From assembly GCA_049840815.1 (NCBI GenBank), contig JASGJI010000003.1, positions 23,503-87,502 of the forward strand: 64,000 nt of DNA, read 5' to 3'. Position 1 is the stretch's first letter. Each line of letters opens with the position of its first letter. The DNA is from Thermomicrobiales bacterium. Lineage in GTDB: Bacteria > Chloroflexota > Chloroflexia > Thermomicrobiales > UBA6265. Below are positions 52,507 to 60,949 of the stretch, in pieces. Both the position numbers and the translations under genes were made by a program. The notes under the pieces are model-generated. The model made no database searches. It worked only from the letters and a program-made list of their open reading frames with translations, and was not told the origin of the DNA.

Positions 52507-53175
52507 GCGTGTCCTCCGGAATCACGCCCTTCGGGGCGCGGTTCATGATGCGATTCGGCGCCGTCCAAGATTGACAGGAGCCTGGATCGACCCGTGCCAG
52601 AAAACCGAATGGGAGCAGCTCGCTACCCCCTTGGACCGATTGGGACCCGAAACCACGTGGTGACCGCTCTATCATCCCTCGTGACTGGCCTTTTGTGCCA
52701 CCTGCACGGGCGGGGAATCTCTGGATTTTGGCCGTGCGCCCGATAGATCCGTGTGTTTTGCCGTTCTCTGATCGATATGGCGAAACAACGCCGAATTCCG
52801 ACCCTGCAATGGCGGGAATGCGCGCATACCGGAAGTCCGGGAACAAGCACCTCCTCCGTGTCACCGTGGAGACTCCTTGCGCAAGCGCCGTGGGAGGAGT
52901 TCGTGGGGTGTTGCGTGCCTGTACCCAGATGGGCTGAGACCTCCATCAAGGTACCGGGTTCAAGGAACCGGGGTCAACCCGTCCGGGCACAGAAAGTTGC
53001 GGAATTACTGGATGATTTGCCCAACTATCGCGCGTGGATGTGTGATTTTCGACTGGCAAGTCCTCCGAATGAGCTAGTTCTTGATGCCAGTGCCTGACTG
53101 ATGTCGATGCGTTTGTGCATCACGTATGAATACGCCGTCGACATTGCATCGGAACGTTTTCCCCGGTATGCATAA

Positions 53176-53211
53176 AAGCGGGGGTCTGGGCACCTGCCCA
53201 GACCCCCGCTT
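53176..53211 (-). terminator. Intrinsic terminator
   Basis: AAGCGGGGGTCTGGGCA...TGCCCAGACCCCCGCTT, followed by TTTT on the minus strand. Confidence 0.75.
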
Positions 53212-53249
53212 CACGTCTCGTCGTCCTGACTGGCTGGAAACGGCCTCGG

Positions 53250-55154
53250 CTAGGAGGTGCGGGTCCAGTTCGCCATGTTCCAGTACTCGTAGGCCTCGAA
53301 GGCGCTGGCGGAGACATTGTCCTTGACCAGTGTGTTCGAGATGGCTGACTTGGCGGCGGCACGGTTCACTTCCGGCACCAACGCGACGTTGTCGATCACG
53401 ATGTCGTTCATCTGGATCAGCAGCGTGTTGGCTTCCTCGAAGGTGGTGACGGCGCCCAGCTTGTCGAACGCCGCATCGTAATCGGCATTCGACCAGCGAG
53501 AACTGTTGTTGCCCGCCCAGCCGTTGGACTTCTGGCAGATGTTGACCCCATCCTTGCCCGCGTACCAGTTGAGCATGAAGCTGGTCGGGATCGGCGACTG
53601 CGCTCCACTGGTGAACATGGCGATGTCCCAGTAGAAGTGGACGGTGTTCTGGTCGTTGCCGGCGGAGCTATCGAAGAAGATGCCGGCATCGATCTGCTGG
53701 AGTTCGACCCGCACGCCGATCTTCTCGAAGGCCTGCTTGACGACCGCCTGTGTCTTCTGGCGGACCTGGTTGATCGTGGTGGCGTAGACCACCTTCAGGT
53801 CCACGCCATCCTTCGATCGGGTGTCGCCGTTCTTCGTCCATCCCGCATCGTCGAGGATCTTGTTCGCCTCGTCGATGTTGAACTCCCAGCTGGTGTTCGG
53901 GGAGGTGAAGGCGTAGCCTTCGCCGGTCAGGATGTTGGAGGTGGCGGGTTCGCCCTCGCCATAGAACTGCGTCGCGATGACATCGCGCGGCACCGCCACG
54001 TTCAGGGCCTTGCGCACGGCATCGTCGCTGAGCACCGGGTTCGGCGTGTTCTTCTCGGATCGCTGGCCGTCGACTTCCTTGTTCGGATCGGAGAAGTTGA
54101 AGTTCAGGCGCTCGACGCTCGCGCCCGGTGTGACCAGCATGCTGCCATTGCCGGCCTCCACCATTGGCTTCAGCACGGCCGGCTCCACCTGGATGTTCCA
54201 GCCGAAGTCGTACTCGCCGGTCTCCAGCACGGCGCGGGCCGCCGAAGCCGCATCGCCGCCGCCCTTCAGCGTGACGGATGCGAAGTACGGCTTGTTGGGC
54301 TCGCGGTACTTCTCGTTGGCCTTGTAGGTGACCTGGTCGTTCGGGGAGAACGTGTCGATCACGAACGGGCCGGTGCCGATCGGGTTCGTCAGGAACTCAT
54401 CGTTGGGATTGTCCGGATCGTTGTTGAACTTGTGAGCCGGATAGATATTGCCGTTGTTGCTTCCCGTGAACGGATCGAACCAGTTGGCGGACGGCTGCTT
54501 GAAGGTGACCACCGCCGTGTGATCGTCCTTCGCCTCGATGTCCTTGATCACGCTCCAGACGGCCAGGTTGATGGAGAGATTGCTGGCGCGCTTGTCGTTT
54601 GTCACCCACTTCCAGGTAAAGACGACATCGTTGGCGGTGAAGGGTTCGCCATCACTCCACGTCACGCCTTCCAGAAGCGTGAAGGTCACAGTGGAAAGGT
54701 CCGCCGCCAGCAGGCCGTTCTCCACGCTCGGGACCTGCGATACCAGGGTGGGGATGATCGTGCCATCGGGCAGGTAGTGCATCAGCGGCTCGACCACGAT
54801 GCAGCCTGCGAGGAAGTCCTTGTCGCCGGTGGCGACATGGGGAGAGGCGAGGGTTGGGGCCTGCCACTGGATCAGCTTCAGCTCGCCATCCTGGCCGCGC
54901 GTCTTGCCCTCCGTGCCGACGGAAGGCGCTGCGCTGCCACCAGCAGCGGTCGGGCTGCCAACCGGGGTGCTGTCCTGCCCCTGATAGAGAGCGTAGCCGT
55001 TCTTCGACCCGGCCGCACTCACCCCGTTGGCCATGAAGAGCGCCGCGGTGAAGCCGACGCCGAGGGCCGTTGTGCGCTCGATGAACGAACGCCGGTCGAT
55101 GGAGCCGCTTTTCAGCTGGTCAACCAGCCGAGAGACCTTACCACCCTGTTCCAT
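53250..55154 (-). CDS. Family-5 ABC substrate-binding protein, Tat-exported
   Basis: DRRSFI Tat motif, WSDGEPFT, PIGTGPF, WNMANW; AGGAGG RBS. Confidence 0.94.
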   Translation of the reverse strand: MEQGGKVSRLVDQLKSGSIDRRSFIERTTALGVGFTAALFMANGVSAAGSKNGYALYQGQDSTPVGSPTAAGGSAAPSVGTEGKTRGQDGELKLIQWQAPTLASPHVATGDKDFLAGCIVVEPLMHYLPDGTIIPTLVSQVPSVENGLLAADLSTVTFTLLEGVTWSDGEPFTANDVVFTWKWVTNDKRASNLSINLAVWSVIKDIEAKDDHTAVVTFKQPSANWFDPFTGSNNGNIYPAHKFNNDPDNPNDEFLTNPIGTGPFVIDTFSPNDQVTYKANEKYREPNKPYFASVTLKGGGDAASAARAVLETGEYDFGWNIQVEPAVLKPMVEAGNGSMLVTPGASVERLNFNFSDPNKEVDGQRSEKNTPNPVLSDDAVRKALNVAVPRDVIATQFYGEGEPATSNILTGEGYAFTSPNTSWEFNIDEANKILDDAGWTKNGDTRSKDGVDLKVVYATTINQVRQKTQAVVKQAFEKIGVRVELQQIDAGIFFDSSAGNDQNTVHFYWDIAMFTSGAQSPIPTSFMLNWYAGKDGVNICQKSNGWAGNNSSRWSNADYDAAFDKLGAVTTFEEANTLLIQMNDIVIDNVALVPEVNRAAAKSAISNTLVKDNVSASAFEAYEYWNMANWTRTS

Positions 55155-55504
55155 ACTGGACCTCCTGAATCGCCCCAGCCGGGGCCGGATCGACAACCAA
55201 ATGACATGCCGGCATCGTGCGCCGTGCGAATCGTTGTGGTGTTGGAGAGAAACCCGGTCTACGGTGTTGGAGAACAGGACCCGTGTACGGCATCGCCAGA
55301 CGACCGTACCGAAGTAGGCCACCGATGGCATCTCGCAAATGGCGGGACGGACGCGTGCAGAGCGACGGCACGAATAGTGGCGCGCTCGCGCCGGAAAAGC
55401 AAGGGCAGCGGCTGCGCGTACTGGCCGATTCGTGTGTGCGAAAACACCAAAAAGCCCGATGCAGGGACGCGCATCGGACTCTTTGGGGGCATCGTGACCG
55501 AGGA

Positions 55505-56605
55505 CTACTTGACGGTGAAGGTTGCCTTCATTCCGTCCGAAAGGTGTGGCAGTCCCTGGTCGTTCGGCAGCAGGTCCACCACTTGATAGGTGCCCGGCTC
55601 CAGGTCAGTCAGCAGCAGTTCGCTGTCACTGCCGGCAGGCACGGTGACCTGGCCGACGAAGGTGACCCCCTGCGGGAGGCCGGGGCCGGGTGTCGTCAGC
55701 AGGACGTCGATCTTCGTGTCGCTGGCGAGCTTCACCACGAACAGTTCGTGATTGACCTTGTCCTTGTTCGAAATCGAGAAGAAGACTTCGTTGCCGTTGA
55801 TCGTCTGTGGATCGAAGGCGTAGGCGTTGTCCTTGATCGTGACGGTCGCCTCTTCGGCGGACCCTGGCTTCGTCACCGCCTGAGGGGTCTCCTCGTCCAG
55901 AACCCAGACATCCTTGCCATCGACACTCGCCTTCGTGAACGACCATTTCCCGATCCGGACCTGGTTTCCGAAGAGATACGTCACTGTTGCGGTCGCCGTC
56001 GTGCCGCTGCCGGTCGCATCATCCACCTGTGCGATGGTGTAGGGGATGACGGCAAGCGAGGGGGCAAGGTCGGTGAAATCCTCTGCCGAGACTGGCTCCC
56101 CGGCGCCGATCAGCTGGCCGCGGAAGGTGTCGCCGGTGATGCTTGCCAGCGTCGTGAAGTCGCCCTTGGTGAGGCAATCCGCGACCGCGTTCGCGCTCAT
56201 CGTCAGTTCAGACGCCAGCGTATCGGGGGTCTCGGCGACCGGGCTGGCGGCGGGTGTCTCGGTGGTTGCCGTCGCGCTCGCGATTGGGCTGGCATCCGGT
56301 GTGCCGGCGGGTGACGCTGGTGCCGTCTTCGTCGGGGTGGATGTTGCGGTCTGCGTGGGCGCGGTGGTCGGGGTTCCCGTCGGCTGCACCTTGGGTTGCG
56401 CGGCGGAAAGGTCGGGAATCGAACAGGTCGCGGCGGAGATCGGGGACGCGGGTGGTGGCGTCGCGCCGCCGGAACCATCCTGTGCCCCGGCCATGATGGC
56501 GGTGCCGAAGAGGCTGCTGCTTCCGACAGCGAGCGCGAGGGTCGTCTGCAGGGCGCGGCGTCGCCATGGGCGAAGCGGGGTCGTCTGGGCACTGGTCTGG
56601 GTCAC
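55505..56605 (-). CDS. Exported protein with Pro/Thr linker and C-terminal cupredoxin-like domain
   Basis: RRRAL plus hydrophobic signal; SNKDKVNHEL...LEPGTYQVVDLLP..QGLPHLSDGMKATFTV. Confidence 0.72.
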   Translation of the reverse strand: MTQTSAQTTPLRPWRRRALQTTLALAVGSSSLFGTAIMAGAQDGSGGATPPPASPISAATCSIPDLSAAQPKVQPTGTPTTAPTQTATSTPTKTAPASPAGTPDASPIASATATTETPAASPVAETPDTLASELTMSANAVADCLTKGDFTTLASITGDTFRGQLIGAGEPVSAEDFTDLAPSLAVIPYTIAQVDDATGSGTTATATVTYLFGNQVRIGKWSFTKASVDGKDVWVLDEETPQAVTKPGSAEEATVTIKDNAYAFDPQTINGNEVFFSISNKDKVNHELFVVKLASDTKIDVLLTTPGPGLPQGVTFVGQVTVPAGSDSELLLTDLEPGTYQVVDLLPNDQGLPHLSDGMKATFTVK

Positions 56606-57128
56606 GGAGGATGATCCTTCCTGGACTGATGGCGGGCGCGGGCGCCAGGGATGGCAGGATGGTGCGCGGCGCCAACGGCTGGGGCTCGAACGGAGAGCCT
56701 GGTCGCGGCGGCGCGTGGCGGTCCGCGAATGTTCTCCATCCATATCGATCGAACGGCGCGGGGATGCGCTCCCGCCGGACACAAGGACGCCTAAAGGGTG
56801 TCCGTACACGCGCGTGCCAGTGTAGCCCATTCCGTCGTGAACGTCGCGAGGCGTGCGTCTGGCATCATGGAGGCACACGCAACGAGATGGAGTGGTTGGG
56901 AGCGCTGAAATCCGTCGATCGGGCCTCTTGTATCAGGAGACAGCCTCCCCATCGCGGGCGGGGCGACGGTGATGGCGGGGTGGGAGCCGGACACCACCCG
57001 CTGGCTGGCCGAGCGGATTGCGCTTGGAGACGGCCGACGCTGGTATCTGGACGAGCAACACCAGGGGGAACACCTCTGGTACCCTGCCGACAACGCGCCT
57101 ACCTGACATCGTCCGTGGAGAGTCTCCC

Positions 57129-58058
57129 GTGCCCGACCGCCTCCCTTTCGCTCCGATCCCCTTCACCAAGATGCACGGCAGCGGCAACGACTTCGCGGTC
57201 ATCGACCACCGGACGCCGCTGATCGCGCCAGAGGTCGAGGCGGCGTTCGTCCGCGCCGTCTGCCAGCGTCGCACCGGTCTCGGCGCGGATGGCGTCGTCT
57301 TCATCGAAGCGGTCGATCCTGCTGCGCCCCATGCTTCAGAGGCTGATTTTCGCTGGCGCTACGTCAATGCGGACGGCAGCGAGGGCGAGATGTGCGGCAA
57401 CGGTGCCATGTGCGGCGCGCGCTTCGCCGTGCTGAACGGCATCGCTCCGGCGACATGTGCGTTCCAGACGCCATCCGGCCTCGTCCGCGCGGAGGTGGCA
57501 ACCGGGAGCGATGCTGACGGCACCCGCGTTCGTTTGGCGATGGTCGATGCCGGGCCATACCAGCCGCCGCGCCCGGTGGAGACCTCGATCGGCGCGCTGG
57601 ACATTGCGAGCATCCTCGTCGGGGTGCCGCATGCCGTGATCGTGACCGCCGACGCCGATGCCTGGCCTCCGGACGCCGCCTTCGAGGCCGTCGGGCGTGA
57701 ACTTCGGCGGCATGCCGCCTTCGCGCCAGCCGGAACGAATGTCAACGTCATCTCATCTCTTGGCCCGAATCACCTCCGGATGCGCACCTACGAACGCGGT
57801 GTCGAGGCGGAGACCCTCGCCTGCGGTACCGGGGCGGTCGCGAGCGCGATCGCCGCCAGTCAGCAGGGACTGGCCGATCCTGCCCTGCCGATCGAGATCC
57901 TTGCGAGCGGGGGCTGGCCGCTGGTCGTTTCCTTCGCCTGGGATGCCGAATCCCGACGCGCCCACGGAATCACGCTTGCCGGGCGGGCCGTCGTCGTGGC
58001 GCGGGGGACGCTGGAACCGGAAGCATGGCTCGCCCAAGCGGCGGGCGAAGGGCGTTGA
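57129..58058 (+). CDS. dapF: Diaminopimelate epimerase
   Basis: FTKMHGSGNDF, GADG, NADGSEGEMCGNG, GVPH, TNVN, TYERGVEAETLACGTG. Confidence 0.96.
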   Translation: MPDRLPFAPIPFTKMHGSGNDFAVIDHRTPLIAPEVEAAFVRAVCQRRTGLGADGVVFIEAVDPAAPHASEADFRWRYVNADGSEGEMCGNGAMCGARFAVLNGIAPATCAFQTPSGLVRAEVATGSDADGTRVRLAMVDAGPYQPPRPVETSIGALDIASILVGVPHAVIVTADADAWPPDAAFEAVGRELRRHAAFAPAGTNVNVISSLGPNHLRMRTYERGVEAETLACGTGAVASAIAASQQGLADPALPIEILASGGWPLVVSFAWDAESRRAHGITLAGRAVVVARGTLEPEAWLAQAAGEGR

Positions 58059-58321
58059 TCGCTGCCGGAATCGCCCCGGTGTGGCATGGATGCCCGCCGG
58101 TGGGTACCATTCCCGCAACACGGCGCAGACGATCTGCCCGCTGGGGTTCGTGTGCGGTCGCTCCGGTGGCCTATCCAGACGCAGTCAATGCAGAAGCCGG
58201 TTCATTCCGGTCGCGACGGTGATGCGCTCCAATCAGGAGCCACCCCGTCGTCCTGTCGTTCCCGGCAGGGTTGTCATGCGTACGTTTGAAGGTGCCACCA
58301 CCAGGAGCGAGAGACGATTCC

Positions 58322-60625
58322 ATGTCGGACACCACACCCCGCGTCGCGTCGTCGGACGAGAACGACGCCATCGCTGCGACTCCAATCGACCCCACCGCCG
58401 AGACGGATGCTGAGCTGACGACCACGCCGGACGCCGTTGCGGCGGAGGCGGAGAATCCGGTCGCCGAGACCACTGAGGAGACGCTGGAGGCTGCTGCCGC
58501 CCCGGCCGAGATCGCCGAGGTCTTCCGCACGCCGCCGCCCCTCCCCGACGCGCCGGAGGTGTCGCCCGATGGCGCGCGTGTCGCCTACCTGTTGAAGGAC
58601 GCTGCGGGCATCAACCGCCTCTGGCTGAGTCCAGTCGCTGGAGGGGATGCCGTCCAGATCGACCTGCCATTCACGCCGGTGCCGGATCGCGATCCGGATA
58701 CCGGGCGTTCGTTGCGCGGTCCGCAGTGGTCGCCGGATGGCGCCACCATCGCCATCACCGGATCGCATCCGGATGGCAACCCGCTTCGCACCGCCGTCTG
58801 GCTCGTGCCGGTCCCTGCCTATGAGGCGCCAGCGACCCCGGTCGAGGCGCCGGATGCCGATGCTGTCGTGGCGGAGGTTGCGGCTGAGACGCCCGTGACC
58901 GATGAGGCCGCCGACGGCGTCGAGGCAAGCGCCGCGCCGGCTGAGGGGGACTCCGTCGTCGAATCCGTCGAGGAGGCCGCTTCCACGGATGCGCCATCCG
59001 AGACGGATGCCGAAGCTGTTGCGGTGGTTGCCTCCGAGCTGGAGACCGGGGTCTCGGTGGCCGAGGATGCCCCTGCGCCGCTTGCCGTCGCGACGCCGCT
59101 GAGCGATCATCCGACCGCCTCCGACCGCTCCCCGCGCTGGTCGCCGGACGGGATGCTCATCGCCTTCGTGCGGACGCTTGACGGGCATGACGTGATCGCG
59201 CTTGCCAGTCCGATCGGCTCGCTGCCGGTCGCTGCCGAACTGCTGACGTGGAGTGCTTCCCACGACCGCGAGCCGTCGTGGTCGCGTGATGGCCTCTTTC
59301 TCGCCTTCACGCGCAAGCGGCTGGAGGATGTGGATCACAACGACATCCTCGTCTTCATCCTCGCTACCGGCGAGATTCGGAATCTGACGGGCGAGAAGAC
59401 TTCTGCCGTGCGTCACTCCCTTGACTGGGTGCCGGGCCGAAACCTCGTCGCTTATGTCACGCGGGAGAACGAATGGCTCTCCATCGCCGTCATCAACTCC
59501 GATAACAAGGCCGGATGGACCGTCACCCGCGAGGCGGGCGACAAGGTCGATCCCCGCTTCTCGCCGGGCGAGCCGCGCCTGGTCTACATCCGGACAGAGG
59601 GCTTCTCCTCCGTCGTCTGCGAGCGCGGCCTGCATGCGTCCGGCGCCACGATTCTCGATCCGGGCGAAGGCGTCGGCCTCTATCCGCGCTGGGTGGCCGA
59701 CAAGCGTGCGCTGTATGGCTTCAGCGCCGCCCAGCGCCCGTTCGGCTTCATCGTGCAGGACAACTCCGCTGATGCCGAGCGCAGCGCCATCGACCTGCCG
59801 GGCATTCCGGCACTGGCTGGGCGGGATTTCCGCCGCCCGACGACCTTCGAGTTCGAGGTCGGGTCCGATGCGCAGTTCTCCGGCCTGCTCTACCGCACGG
59901 ATGGCGTCTCCGGGAAGGTCCCCGGCATCGTCTACCTGCCAGATGGGCCGCTGAGCACGCGCCGCGCCGAGTTCCAGCCGCAGGAGCAGGCCCTTGCCCG
60001 CACCGCGATGGCTGTCCTCTCGCCGGTGCTGCATGGGGCGTCCGGCTTCGGGTCCGCGATCGAGAACGACCTCGCCGAACTCGCCGATACCGAGTTGGAG
60101 ATGTCCGACATCGTTGAATCCGGCGTCGCGCTCGGCAAGATCGCCGATATCGACGAGAAGAAGCTCGCCGTCGTCGGTCATGGCTACGGCGGGGCGCTCG
60201 CGCTGCTCACCGCCGGCGGTCGCCCTGGGGTCTTCTCGGCGGTTGCCGTGGTCGATCCCATCACCGACTGGGCGATCGAGCTGGAGGAAGCCACCCCCGC
60301 CTGGCGCACATGGATCACGCGCCAGTACGGGATGCCACTGACCGACCGGGATCGCTACGCCATGCGCACCCCGGACACCTTCGCCGCCGTGATCGACGTG
60401 CCGTTGGTGCTGGTGGGTACGGGCGTCTCCGCGAATCGCACAGCCCAGCTGGATCTCTTCACCGGGTTCCTCGATGAGATTGGCGTCTCCTACGAGCGGA
60501 TCGACGCATCAGGCACCTCGATTCCGGAGGCGCTGGCCATCGCCGGGCGTCGCCTTGCGAATCACTTCCTCGAAGGCCGGGACGAAGTGCAGGTTGTCTC
60601 CAGCCTCCGGGCCGACGAGGCCTGA
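58322..60625 (+). CDS. S9/DPP-like protein with TolB-type (PD40) propeller and degenerate catalytic domain
   Basis: SPDG/WSPDG/WSRDG repeats; alpha/beta hydrolase domain with GHGYGG in place of GxSxGG. Confidence 0.8.
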   Translation: MSDTTPRVASSDENDAIAATPIDPTAETDAELTTTPDAVAAEAENPVAETTEETLEAAAAPAEIAEVFRTPPPLPDAPEVSPDGARVAYLLKDAAGINRLWLSPVAGGDAVQIDLPFTPVPDRDPDTGRSLRGPQWSPDGATIAITGSHPDGNPLRTAVWLVPVPAYEAPATPVEAPDADAVVAEVAAETPVTDEAADGVEASAAPAEGDSVVESVEEAASTDAPSETDAEAVAVVASELETGVSVAEDAPAPLAVATPLSDHPTASDRSPRWSPDGMLIAFVRTLDGHDVIALASPIGSLPVAAELLTWSASHDREPSWSRDGLFLAFTRKRLEDVDHNDILVFILATGEIRNLTGEKTSAVRHSLDWVPGRNLVAYVTRENEWLSIAVINSDNKAGWTVTREAGDKVDPRFSPGEPRLVYIRTEGFSSVVCERGLHASGATILDPGEGVGLYPRWVADKRALYGFSAAQRPFGFIVQDNSADAERSAIDLPGIPALAGRDFRRPTTFEFEVGSDAQFSGLLYRTDGVSGKVPGIVYLPDGPLSTRRAEFQPQEQALARTAMAVLSPVLHGASGFGSAIENDLAELADTELEMSDIVESGVALGKIADIDEKKLAVVGHGYGGALALLTAGGRPGVFSAVAVVDPITDWAIELEEATPAWRTWITRQYGMPLTDRDRYAMRTPDTFAAVIDVPLVLVGTGVSANRTAQLDLFTGFLDEIGVSYERIDASGTSIPEALAIAGRRLANHFLEGRDEVQVVSSLRADEA

Positions 60626-60649
60626 TCCTGCTCCATCCACGAAGGCTTA

Positions 60650-60701
60650 TTCGACACGCGCCCCGGACAGCGGCCCCCGCCGCGTCCGGGGCGCGTATCG
60701 A
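60650..60701 (+). terminator. Terminator-like hairpin
   Basis: ACGCGCCCCGGAC...GTCCGGGGCGCGT after the stop at 60625. Confidence 0.6.
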
Positions 60702-60949
60702 GACAGTGGCGGCGGGATTTGGCGAAATCTGGGGATCTGCTGAGAACCATTGAGGGCGCACGAGCGTACAATTCAGTGCGACACCGTGTCTGTCCCGATG
60801 GCAGGCACCGAGGCTTCGACGTCGTTATCCCCGCCAATGTGGCAGCTTTCCATCGAGTGTGATCGGCATACCCGGGCTCATCCATCGCCATCCGGGCATG
60901 TTCGTTGCTTGCCTCACACGCAGGTACGTCTACAGGGTTCACGAGGGTT

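Noticed and set aside
52507-53175. Gene or ncRNA in the gap between tandem SBPs
   Set aside because: ORFs there lack coding bias and no known RNA motif was recognised; most likely promoter or leader DNA
56860-57128. T-box, lysine or cobalamin riboswitch before dapF
   Set aside because: No GGGTGGNACC antiterminator, no AGAGGNGC/GCCGAA lysine core and no GGGAA/GCCACTG B12 boxes; kept only as an unclassified leader
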